Assembly: GCA_963715335.1 (NCBI GenBank)
Contig: CAVQRZ010000029.1
Coordinates: forward strand, 38,385 to 102,384
Direction of reading: 5' to 3'
DNA from: an uncultured delta proteobacterium
Lineage (GTDB): Bacteria; Desulfobacterota; Desulfuromonadia; Desulfuromonadales; BM103
DNA length: 64,000 bases
Shown here in pieces: positions 40,636 to 50,154 of this stretch. Position numbers and translations under genes: made by a program. The number at the start of each line of letters is the position of its first letter. Position 1 is the stretch's first letter. Under the pieces are notes generated by a model. That model worked only from the letters and a program-made list of their open reading frames with translations, ran no database searches and was not told the DNA's origin.

Positions 40636-42080
40636 AACATTCGCCAGGGCGGGTGATGTTGCGGGTTGCCGGTTTCGGTTGACCTGGTGCTTTTTCATCA
40701 GCGCGTAGAGGCGGGACTGGGACAGCCCGGAAAGGTTGCAGGCTTCGCTGATGTCATGATCCGATAGGGCCAGCAGGTCCTGCAGGTAATTTTTTTCAGC
40801 CTCATTATAGACGGCATCACGGTAGTCATGCAGTTTCGGCAGGGTATGAATCGTACCATTGTCGAGAGAAAGAGCTCTGCTCAGGGTCCTGCGCGACGGC
40901 AGCACGAGTCACTTCAACGCGGAGACCGGTCGGCAAATGCTTGGGGAAAAGGGTCGTCTCGTAGCGTGCCGCGGCCAGGGTCTGCTCCATGGTATGGACA
41001 AATTCTCGCACATTCCCCGGCCACGGATAGGCTTTCAGCGTGTTCGTAAAGTCAGGCGAGAAACCTTTAGGCGGCAGGCCGTATCGGTTGACAGAACTGG
41101 TCGGCATAGAAGCGTGCCAGCATTTGCAGATCGTCGAGTCGATCCCGCAACGGCGGCAATTCGATTACGTAAGTGCGGAGGCGAAACAGAAGGTCTTCAC
41201 GAAACTGCCCGTTTTTGACCATCTGATCAAGGTCACGATTGGTTGCTGCGACAAGCCGGAAATCACTTTCGATTTCACGACTGCCGCCCAGAGGTCTGAA
41301 TCTGCGCTCCTGCAAAACCCGCAGGAAAGCCTTTTGCAGAGGAAGCGGCAACTCCCCCACTTCGTCGAGAAAGAGGGTGCCACAGTGCGCCTGGCGCACC
41401 AGGCCATCACGGGCTTTTTCCGCACCGGTAAAAGAGCCCTTCTCGTGACCAAAAAGCAGACTCTCAATGAGGGTTTCCGGAAGCGCCGTGCAGTCTACAA
41501 CGACGAAGTTGCCCCCGGCGCGTTGGCTGTTCTCATGAACGGCCCGGGCGAACAACTCCTTGCCGGTACCGGTTTCGCCGGTGATAAAGACATTGACATC
41601 ACTGCCGGCAGCCTGGGCCGTCATGTCGAGACAAACCTGCAACCTGGGGCTCTCGCCAATGATCTTTGGCCGTTTGAGCGCGGCGACTTTACTTTTTTGG
41701 CGGACAGCCTGTTTTTCAGTGCGGTACTGCAGGGCACGTTCCAGCGCAAGGCGAATCTCTTTCGCTGACGAACTCTTCTCGATATAGTCCCAGGCCCCGC
41801 TCTTGATCGCCAGTTCCGCCCCGCTCGGATCGCCGAACCCGGTGATGATAATGACTTCGGGTGCCGAAGAGAGGGCTTCAAGTCTTGGCAGCAGGTCGAG
41901 GCCGTTGCCATCAGGCAGGTGGACATCCAGAAAGACCACGTCGAACAAGCGACCTGCGGCTCGTCTCTGCCCTTCATGCAGAGAGGTGACATACTCCACC
42001 TCATGCCCACTGCGCTTGACCAGGTTCGACAGGGTCGCGCACATCAGGTCGTCATCATCAATAATCAAGACCTCTGCCAT
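40597..42080 (-). pseudogene. bccR: NtrC-type sigma54 response regulator (BccR-like), two apparent frameshifts near 41090 and 40865
   Basis: Receiver (IIDDD, FLDVHLPDG), AAA+ ([14 protein letters not shown]), WPGNVRE and Fis-HTH in three successive ORFs; synteny with cbcBA. Confidence 0.7.
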
Positions 42081-44497
42081 GTTGACTCTTCCCTGGACGG
42101 ATTCTCGAGCAATTGCCGTATGACCTGGCTCATCTCGCTGCGTTCATATGGTTTCTGCATAAACTCCCTGATGCCAATCGCTCTGGCCTTGGCCAGTGAA
42201 AACCCGGAACTGTCAGACATCCCGTTACCGGAGCAGAGAATGATCGGCACCTCAGCGCGGATTTTGAGGATCTCTTTGGCGAGCATTTCACCGGTCAGAT
42301 AAGGCATGGTCTGGTCGGTAATCACCAGGTCGAAGCTGTCTGGCTGGAGCATGAATAATTGCAGCGCTGCCCGGCTGTCGGTGTCGGCAACAACCTCGTA
42401 ACCAAGTTTTTCCAGAATTTTTTTCCCCGCAAGCACCAGGTCTGGTTCGTCGTCAACAAAAAGGATTTTTTCGTGACCTTTTGCAGCCATCAGGGTGTTC
42501 TTCCGTGCAGGCTGTTCCTTGGTGCGGTAGACTTTGGGCAGGTAAACATGGAATTTGGACCCTTGCCCGGGGAGACTCTCTGCGTTCAGGAGGCCTCCAT
42601 GGTTCTTGATAATGCTGTGCGCAACGGACAACCCGAGGCCTGTCCCCTTGCCCGGCCCTTTCGTGGAAAAAAATGGGTCAAACACCCGCTCCAGAACATC
42701 CCTATCCATGCCGTGCCCCGTATCCTGGATCGAAAGTTTCAGGTAACTTCCCGGCTTCAAGGTGGTCTTGAGGTCCCTGTTCCGGGACGAGACGGTGACT
42801 TCATCCAGGGCTATCTCGAGAACCCCGTGTCCTTGTTCTGCCATGGCATCTGCTGCATTCGTACAGATATTGAGGATCACCTGATGGAGTTGGCCCGGGT
42901 CCGCCGCCACCACTCCCAGGTTCGGGGAGATGTTGGTTCGAATTTCAATCGTTGAAGGCAGGCTCGCCCTTAACAGGTGGATGCATTCTGTGACAATAAA
43001 TTCGATAATAACCGGCTTGCGTTCTTGAATATTCTGGCGACTGATGGTCAGGATTTGTTTCACCAGGTCTTTGCCACGGCCCCCCGCCTGGTATACAACA
43101 TCGAGGTGCTCGCGAAGTTTGTCCCCTTGCGGAAGATCGTCGAGGACCAGTTCGGTATTGTTCAAAATCGCTGCCAGAATGTTGTTGAAATCATGAGCAA
43201 TGCCACCGGCAAGTGTCGCGATCGCCTCCATCTTTTGTGCTGTCCGCAACTGATCTTGAAGTTCTGTTTCATAGGTTATGTCGTGGATGACTGCAACATA
43301 ACGGACAATGTCTGAAGACTCGGTAACCACGGGCGAAATGTTCGCCTCGACCTGGTAGCGGGAACCATCCTTGCGCTCTTTGAGAAACTGTTCTTTGATC
43401 GATTCTCCTGTCTTTATGACCTTTTTGACGGCCTGAAAAAAGTCCTGGTTCTGCTGCGCGCATGGCAGGGCCTCAAGCCTGTTGCCGACCACCTCACTGG
43501 TGCTGACTCCGCAGATTTTTTCCCAGGCCGGGTTGAGATACAGGACTCGAGTGTCCTGGTCAAAAGTCATGACTCCTTCGGAGGCCTGGTGAATCACCTT
43601 GGCCAGGATCAACTGCTCTTCCTTGACTTTCTTTTGTGCCGCCTCGCTATGAATGCTTCTGATCCGACTGGCCAGATCATCCGTGAGTTCTTCAAGGTGG
43701 CAAGCTTCTTCCGCATCAAACGAACCGGCTTCGGCAGCAAGGATCACCAGGACACCGTAAACACTGTTGCGATCGTGCAATGGCAGCGAGATTGCCGAAG
43801 TAAAGCCATGCGCCAGAGCCGTCTCCCGCCACGGCTTGAAGTTGGGATGTGACATGATGTCCTGCACGATGACGGTCTGGCCGGTTCGTATACTTGTCCC
43901 TGCCGGCCCTTGCCCGTAAACGGACTCGTCCCATTTCACTTTCAGGTCATTCAGGTAACAATCCTCGTAGCCCCAGTGGGCGACCGGCGTGATCTTCTTA
44001 TCTTCATCGTGAGAGGGATATCCGACCCAGGCCAGGCGATATCCCCCCAGGACCACCAGAATTCGACAAATTGTACGCAAAAGCTCATATTCATCATTGT
44101 TCCGGGTCGTGGCCTTCTTGCATTCACTGAACACGCGCAAAGCGCGATTGACCCGGTGCAGGGCCTCTTCGGAACGGATGTATGTCAGCTCCTGGTGTCG
44201 AATCAGCAAAAACAAAAGTTGAGCCGAGATGATAATGAACAGCCATTGGCTGATAATTTTGGCCGTGTACAGGGTGTCCACGTCGAGAATCAACGCCGAG
44301 AGAATCGGTTCAGAAAAAAAGACCCAGAGTCCGCCGACGACCGCATATGTGGTGCTGATGGAGTAGGCACTAAACCAGGGTTTCAGGGTTTTCTGCGAAA
44401 ACGGCTGTTTTCTTGATGTCTTGATCAAGGAGAGATCAGGCTTGCGGCAAGCTTCAAGTTTCGACACGGGAGCCTCTTTGCCCAGGGGGTTTTTCAA
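42065..44497 (-). CDS. Hybrid sensor histidine kinase (TM-GAF-PAS-HisKA-HATPase-REC)
   Basis: GQGPAG GAF motif, PAS, AGGIAHDFNN, GKGTGLGL, LFVDDE..LVITDQTMP; exact start uncertain (44497 or 44467). Confidence 0.92.
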   Translation of the reverse strand: MKNPLGKEAPVSKLEACRKPDLSLIKTSRKQPFSQKTLKPWFSAYSISTTYAVVGGLWVFFSEPILSALILDVDTLYTAKIISQWLFIIISAQLLFLLIRHQELTYIRSEEALHRVNRALRVFSECKKATTRNNDEYELLRTICRILVVLGGYRLAWVGYPSHDEDKKITPVAHWGYEDCYLNDLKVKWDESVYGQGPAGTSIRTGQTVIVQDIMSHPNFKPWRETALAHGFTSAISLPLHDRNSVYGVLVILAAEAGSFDAEEACHLEELTDDLASRIRSIHSEAAQKKVKEEQLILAKVIHQASEGVMTFDQDTRVLYLNPAWEKICGVSTSEVVGNRLEALPCAQQNQDFFQAVKKVIKTGESIKEQFLKERKDGSRYQVEANISPVVTESSDIVRYVAVIHDITYETELQDQLRTAQKMEAIATLAGGIAHDFNNILAAILNNTELVLDDLPQGDKLREHLDVVYQAGGRGKDLVKQILTISRQNIQERKPVIIEFIVTECIHLLRASLPSTIEIRTNISPNLGVVAADPGQLHQVILNICTNAADAMAEQGHGVLEIALDEVTVSSRNRDLKTTLKPGSYLKLSIQDTGHGMDRDVLERVFDPFFSTKGPGKGTGLGLSVAHSIIKNHGGLLNAESLPGQGSKFHVYLPKVYRTKEQPARKNTLMAAKGHEKILFVDDEPDLVLAGKKILEKLGYEVVADTDSRAALQLFMLQPDSFDLVITDQTMPYLTGEMLAKEILKIRAEVPIILCSGNGMSDSSGFSLAKARAIGIREFMQKPYERSEMSQVIRQLLENPSREESTWQRS

Positions 44498-44737
44498 ACG
44501 CCCGCCAAGTTTTAGCGCGCGCTAATATTTTAACCCGCGTCGAGGATCCGTCAACCTGCAAGGGTAAAGATTACCCAATTTCACATAAAAAAGGCAAAAC
44601 CGGGAGATGGTATGCTGGATTTTCCCCAGGCCCTGAGCAAAATCCGCTCAGAGCCGTCGGCAAAAGAAGAACTCGGGTTCAAGCGAGGCAGGCTGCACGC
44701 CTATGACGGAGTCCCGCCAAACAGGGACCGAGGGAAC

Positions 44738-45082
44738 TCACTCGTACTGGCTCGGCACCATGCACATGAAGACCAGCGGGCTGTCGCCGGTGTTGCGGTA
44801 CTGGTGCTTCTCGTCCGGGTTGACCAGCACGAAATCTCCGGCCCGGACCGGCCTCGGGGTCTCCCCTTCCATGACCGTACCGCGCCCCTCGAGGATGTAG
44901 TTGAGGTGCTCGCTCGCGTGCTGGTGATGGGGAGTGTGTCCGCCCGGCTCCAGGGTAAAGACCCGGATCGAGAAATTGGGCGCCCCGTCGGCTTTGCCGA
45001 TCGGCACCTGGCGGCTCGCCCCCGACGCACCTGCCATGTCGACGGCGTAGCTTTCGCACTGCTGCAGGCTGGTAATCTTCAT
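44738..45082 (-). CDS. Cupin-domain protein
   Basis: GGHTPHHQHASEH, GDFVLVNPDEKHQY; RBS AAGGAG. Confidence 0.88.
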   Translation of the reverse strand: MKITSLQQCESYAVDMAGASGASRQVPIGKADGAPNFSIRVFTLEPGGHTPHHQHASEHLNYILEGRGTVMEGETPRPVRAGDFVLVNPDEKHQYRNTGDSPLVFMCMVPSQYE

Positions 45083-45101
45083 AGTCGACTCCTTAAAGTT
45101 T

Positions 45102-46136
45102 TCAGACATTAAACAGGAAGTGGCAGATGTCACCATCACCGATCACGTAATCCTTGCCATTGAGCTGCATCTTGCCCGCCTGCTTGACCTTCTGCTCTGA
45201 CCCGGCGGCCATCAGGTCGGCGTACTTCATCACCTCGACCCGGATGAAGCCGCGCTCAATGTCGCTGTGGATCTTGCCGCCGGCGACCGGTGCCACGGAA
45301 CCCTTGCGAATCGTCCAGGCCCGGCACTCGTCATCGCCGGCAGTGTAGAAACTCATCAGGCCAAGGGCGTCATACAGAGCGGCGTTGATGCGGTCGAGGC
45401 TCGGTTCGGTGATCCCCATCTCGGCCATGAATTCCAGGCGCTCCGCCTCGTCTTCAATGCCGGCGATCTCGCTCTCGATCTCGCAGGAGATGGTGAACAC
45501 GTCGGGGCCGAAATCCTTGCCGATCTCATCCTCGGCGACGTTATAGGCATAGATCAGCGGCGTACGGGTCACCAGGCCGAGGCTCCTGATCACCTGCTCT
45601 TCGTTCGGCGCGAGCTTCACCGTGGAGAGGAACTTTTCCTCCTCCAGGACCGCGTTGAAGCGGTTCAGGATCTCCTCTTCCAACGCCTGGGCCGGGGTCT
45701 GGCCACCTTTCTTCTCTTTGGCGAGGCGCTGCAGGCGGGTCTCCACCAGCTGCATGTCGGCCAAAAGCAGCTCCGACTCGATCATCGCCCGGTCGCGTTT
45801 CGGGTCTACCGAGCCCAGTGGGTGAAAGACGTCCGGGGAATCGAAGGCCCGCACCAGCAGGCAGAGCAGATCGCAGCGTCGCGCCGGGTCCATCCAGAGG
45901 CGCGAGGCGCCGCCGCTGTCGCTGACATCGGGGCAGAGCACGAACTGGTTCTCGGCATAGGTGGTCTTTTTCGGTTGATAAAGCTCGCTCAGGGCGTCCA
46001 CCCGGCCGTCGCGGATTGAGGCCACTCCCTCGATCGCTTCGCCGGCTTTGCGAGTCGCAGGTACCGGCCGACCGGTCAGCAGGGTGAAAAGCGTTTTCTT
46101 GCCCGTCTGGGCGAGTCCTAATATGGCGATTTTCAT
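45102..46136 (-). CDS. YchF/Obg-like ATPase paralog with TGS (DUF933) domain and degenerate G motifs
   Basis: FYTAG..RAWTI..GKIHSDIERGFIRVE..GKDYVIGDGDI; P-loop GLAQTGKK. Confidence 0.85.
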   Translation of the reverse strand: MKIAILGLAQTGKKTLFTLLTGRPVPATRKAGEAIEGVASIRDGRVDALSELYQPKKTTYAENQFVLCPDVSDSGGASRLWMDPARRCDLLCLLVRAFDSPDVFHPLGSVDPKRDRAMIESELLLADMQLVETRLQRLAKEKKGGQTPAQALEEEILNRFNAVLEEEKFLSTVKLAPNEEQVIRSLGLVTRTPLIYAYNVAEDEIGKDFGPDVFTISCEIESEIAGIEDEAERLEFMAEMGITEPSLDRINAALYDALGLMSFYTAGDDECRAWTIRKGSVAPVAGGKIHSDIERGFIRVEVMKYADLMAAGSEQKVKQAGKMQLNGKDYVIGDGDICHFLFNV

Positions 46137-46347
46137 AAGCTATCCTTTGGCTTTAAAGTGCATGGATTTGGCGACAGTTAACGTCCTGCCCCGTACGGCA
46201 AAAAAATCAGGCAACCGTCGCCGGACCAAGTGTGCTCAATCCCGGGGGATAATTCAACAAAAAGTTTAATCGGTCTGGACGCGAACGGCAAACACGGCTA
46301 TCTTTGCAGAAGGCAGGTCCCTTTCATTATTTCCGAGATGTGGCTTC

Positions 46348-47271
46348 ATGGACTATTCGATCCTGATCATTGACGACACCAAGTCGGTCCGCCAGCAGAT
46401 TCTCGATACCCTCCACGGCACCGATCTGTTCAGCAATTACTTTGAGGCCGGCAACGGTCTCGAGGGGCTAAGAATCCTGCTCAATGAAAAGATCGATGTT
46501 GTCTTGTGTGATGTCGAAATGCCGGGGATGGATGGCTTCAAGTTCCTGGCCATGGTCAACGCCCGCAAGGAGCTGCACGACATCCCGATCCTGCTGCTGA
46601 CCAGTCATGAGGAGATGGCGACCAAGGTCAAGGCTCTCGAGCAGGGCGCCAGCGACTATCTGACCAAGCCGTTCAGCCCCGAGGAATTACTCGCCCGGGT
46701 CAAGATTCACCTGAAGGTCAAGGCCCTGCAGGACAACCTCAAGGAGAGCAACCAGCTCCTGCAACAGCTCGCCCAGACTGACCCCCTGACCGAACTGCAC
46801 AACCGCCGGCACATGATGGATACCCTCGAGGCGGAGTTTGACCGCAGCAGCCGGGTCGGCAGCCCGTTTGCCCTGTTGATGGTCGACCTCGACCATTTCA
46901 AACGGGTCAACGATACCTACGGCCACCAGCTCGGCGACAAGGTTTTGCAATCCACCGCATGGGAGATTCGTGCCTTGCTGCGCCAGTACGATTCGGCGGC
47001 CCGTTTCGGCGGCGAAGAATTCGCCCTGCTGCTGCCGGAGACCACGCTCAGCGGAGCGAACCTGGTCGCGGAACGACTGCGGCAGAGCATCAACAATATC
47101 GAGTTCGCCGGCCCGCTCAGCAAGCTGAAAATCAGCATCAGCGTTGGCGTCGCTGCGATCCCACATGCCAAGATCAGCACGGTTTCAGACCTGGTCCGCC
47201 TGGCCGATGACGCCCTCTACGCGGCCAAGCGCAACGGCCGCAACCGGGTCGAGAATGCCCCTGCGGGCTGA
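46348..47271 (+). CDS. Response-regulator diguanylate cyclase (REC-GGDEF)
   Basis: LIIDD, LCDVEMP, DYLTKPF; TDPLT, DLDHFKRVND, RQYD I-site, RFGGEEF. Confidence 0.93.
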   Translation: MDYSILIIDDTKSVRQQILDTLHGTDLFSNYFEAGNGLEGLRILLNEKIDVVLCDVEMPGMDGFKFLAMVNARKELHDIPILLLTSHEEMATKVKALEQGASDYLTKPFSPEELLARVKIHLKVKALQDNLKESNQLLQQLAQTDPLTELHNRRHMMDTLEAEFDRSSRVGSPFALLMVDLDHFKRVNDTYGHQLGDKVLQSTAWEIRALLRQYDSAARFGGEEFALLLPETTLSGANLVAERLRQSINNIEFAGPLSKLKISISVGVAAIPHAKISTVSDLVRLADDALYAAKRNGRNRVENAPAG

Positions 47272-47337
47272 GGCTAATAACTCCTGGACTCCGGGCCCCG
47301 AACTGCGGATCGCCCTCATCGTGAAAGAGTGTGCCCA

Positions 47338-47673
47338 ATGAAGAATCAGCCCAGCACCAGGGAACTCTACGTCTCCGAAATTTCCTTCACAGCCGAAGAA
47401 GAAGACCTGCGCAAACTGTTCGTCCTGTTCGGCACGGTGAATTCGGTGCACATGGTCAAGGACCCGAAATCCGGTCTCTTCAAGGGTTCTGCCTTTATCC
47501 GCATGGCAACCCCGGCCCAGGCGAAAGAGGCACTCAATTCACTGGACGGCACCTACCTGATCGACCGCTGCATCAGCGTCAGCCTGGCGCGACCAAAACA
47601 GACCGAGGGTCCGGCAACCAGCAAACCAGGCAAAGCCCCGCGCCCGCCACGCCCGCGCAACCCGCGCAAATAG
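47338..47673 (+). CDS. RRM-domain RNA-binding protein
   Basis: RNP2-like LYVSEI, RNP1-like KGSAFIRM, basic tail. Confidence 0.88.
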   Translation: MKNQPSTRELYVSEISFTAEEEDLRKLFVLFGTVNSVHMVKDPKSGLFKGSAFIRMATPAQAKEALNSLDGTYLIDRCISVSLARPKQTEGPATSKPGKAPRPPRPRNPRK

Positions 47674-47725
47674 CCCTCGGGAGGCCCTCTCCAGAATGCC
47701 CCCGGAATTGACGAAAGCCCCGTAG

Positions 47726-48862
47726 ATGCTGACGAGCGAACAGCAGCCCATGCTGCGTTTTCTGATTGTCCAGACCGCCGCCTCAGTGGTCGGGCTGCAG
47801 TGCTGGATGATCCTGTTCAACAACTTCGCCGTGGAGATCGCCGGCCTTGACGGCCTGCAGGTCGGGATCATCGGCTCGGTGCGCGAGATCCCGGGGTTTT
47901 TGGCTTTGCTGGCGGTGTTCGTCATGCTGGTGGTGCGGGAGCATCGCCTCTCGGCCCTCTCCATCGTGTTGCTCGGTATCGGCACCGGGCTGACGGGACT
48001 CTTCCCGAGCTTCGCCGGCCTGATCATCACCACGCTGATCATGAGTTTCGGCTTTCATTATTACGAGACCACCAACCAGTCACTGACCCTGCAGTACTTC
48101 AGCAGCGCGAGTTCACCGTTGATCTTCGGTCGGCTGCGCAGCCTCGCCGCGGCGACCAGCATTGTCGTCGGCCTGCTCCTGTACCTGATGGGGATGGTGT
48201 TCAGTTACCAGACCATGTTCCTGACGATCGGTGCCCTGGTTGTCGCCGCCGGTATCTGGGGGCTGCTGCAGGACCCGACCCACCAGCAGATAACGCCGCA
48301 GCACCGCAAGATGATCTTGCGACGCAGGTACTCCCTCTACTACTTCCTGACCTTCATGGCCGGGGCCAGGCGGCAGATTTTCATCGCCTTCTCGGTCTAC
48401 CTGCTGGTCAAGGTCTTCCACTGCACGGTGACCGAGATCACCCTGCTGTTCGTGGTCAACAACGCCATCAACTTCGTCTTAAGCCCGGCCATCGGCCGGG
48501 CGATCGTCCGCTTCGGCGAGCGCCGGATTCTCTCCATCGAGTATGGCGGCCTGATCGGTGTGTTCCTGGTCTACGCCTTCACCGGCTCGAAGCTGCTGGT
48601 GGTGGTGATGTACATCCTTGACCATATCCTGTTCAACTTCTCGATCGCCATTCGCACCTATTTCCAGAAGGTCGCGGACCCCGCCGATATCGCGCCGAGC
48701 ATGGCGGTCGGCTTCACCATCAACCACATCGCCGCGGTGGTCATGCCGGCCATCGGCGGTGCCCTCTGGATGATCGATTACCGCATCCCCTTTGTCGCCG
48801 GCGCCCTGCTCAGCCTGGTTTCCCTGCTGGCGGTGCAGCGCATCCCGCGCTTCGCTGCATAA
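47726..48862 (+). CDS. MFS transporter
   Basis: SVREIPGFLA, GFHYYET, GARRQIF, FTINHIAAV; about 12 TM helices. Confidence 0.85.
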   Translation: MLTSEQQPMLRFLIVQTAASVVGLQCWMILFNNFAVEIAGLDGLQVGIIGSVREIPGFLALLAVFVMLVVREHRLSALSIVLLGIGTGLTGLFPSFAGLIITTLIMSFGFHYYETTNQSLTLQYFSSASSPLIFGRLRSLAAATSIVVGLLLYLMGMVFSYQTMFLTIGALVVAAGIWGLLQDPTHQQITPQHRKMILRRRYSLYYFLTFMAGARRQIFIAFSVYLLVKVFHCTVTEITLLFVVNNAINFVLSPAIGRAIVRFGERRILSIEYGGLIGVFLVYAFTGSKLLVVVMYILDHILFNFSIAIRTYFQKVADPADIAPSMAVGFTINHIAAVVMPAIGGALWMIDYRIPFVAGALLSLVSLLAVQRIPRFAA

Positions 48863-48939
48863 CACCGGGTCAAATTAAACAAAAAAAATCGGGAAGATCC
48901 CCGATTCAGGCTTGCGATGGGTTAACGTTACCAGGACGT

Positions 48940-49725
48940 TCAGTAATTGGCGTCCAGGGCCCTGACGGTTTCAATGGTCAGGTGATCGGCGACTGTCAGG
49001 TTGAAGTCCTTCTGGAAGGCGTTGACAGCAGCCATGGTCTGCCGGCCGACGATGCCATCGATCGGGCCCGGGTTGTAGCCGCCCCGGGACAGGGCGCGCT
49101 GGATTTCAGTCACCCGGCACTCTGACAGATCGTTATCACAGAGCACCTCGGTCCAGCGCATCTGCTCATCGGTCACCTTGACCTTCTCGGTCACGGTCTT
49201 GTACAGGACCGGCAGATTCTCCCCTTTGGGCACCTCGATCGGCTTGGTCACTGCGACAGCTTTGTACTCGGCCGGGTAAACCACTGTGGCATAGCAACGA
49301 CCCGCCTCCATCTTGGTTCGAGGAGAACCCGACTCCGCCACCAGCTTTTCACCACCACCGGCCCAGACTTGGCGAAAGGCTGTCACATCCTCTTGCCGGG
49401 TCAGGTCGGGAGTTCCCTGGGCGAGTTGCGTTTCGCGCTCGCTGAGCCAGGCCTGGTTGATTGCCAGGGCATTCTCGTGCCGGTCAAGTTCAAACTCCCT
49501 TTGATCCAGTCGCATCTCGCGCTCATCGAGCCAAGCCTGCCGGATCAGCAGTTCGTTGCGCTGGCGCTCCAGCGTCTGTTTTTGTGCCTCGGGCTGTGTA
49601 ATGGTCGCATCAGAACCGGACATCATGTCGGTGCTGGCCACTTTTGGGGTGGGGGTAGCGCAAGCGGCCAGAAGCAAGGTCACGGTGAAGATGACGGCCC
49701 AGCCATAAAGATTGAGCTTTTTCAT
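48940..49725 (-). CDS. Lipoprotein with coiled-coil repeats and C-terminal peptidoglycan-binding domain
   Basis: Lipobox LAAC; IQRAL..GYNPGPIDGIVGRQTMAAVNAFQ; RBS GAGGAGG. Confidence 0.85.
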   Translation of the reverse strand: MKKLNLYGWAVIFTVTLLLAACATPTPKVASTDMMSGSDATITQPEAQKQTLERQRNELLIRQAWLDEREMRLDQREFELDRHENALAINQAWLSERETQLAQGTPDLTRQEDVTAFRQVWAGGGEKLVAESGSPRTKMEAGRCYATVVYPAEYKAVAVTKPIEVPKGENLPVLYKTVTEKVKVTDEQMRWTEVLCDNDLSECRVTEIQRALSRGGYNPGPIDGIVGRQTMAAVNAFQKDFNLTVADHLTIETVRALDANY

Positions 49726-50154
49726 GGCGTGCCTCCTCTCCGTTTAGTGTTCACCCGTATAACGACGGGGCGTTGCGAGAGGTCATGATGAATCGATCCT
49801 TTCAGCCTGATTGAATAACGTCTGCAAGCGACCTCTCGCTTCTATTAAACCTCTATAATGTTGCTTGTCAAGTCATCGGTTCGGGTAAAATTGTGTCACG
49901 TGTCGGACCCTTGCAACACCTTGCACCCAGATCGTGCAAAAACCGGTAACTATCTAATTCATAGACGTTTTTTTATTCATGTCGGGTTGCCTGTCATTCC
50001 GCAAGGTTAGCTGTCGCAAGAGGAGATTCAGAGTCCTTCTGAAGCCAAAAGGGTATCCTTTGGCACAGAGATTGATTACAATAACCGTCAGGATATTTAT
50101 TTTTGCGTCGGTCGATTTTTTTTTGCCCGGCAAACGGACTGGAAAAACCGCTAC

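Noticed and set aside
49980..50060. c-di-AMP (ydaO) riboswitch-like words GGATACC and CGACAGCTAAC on the minus strand
   Set aside because: The 5' half of the aptamer (GGGGAACC and GGGGYGAAUC elements) is absent; partial match only.
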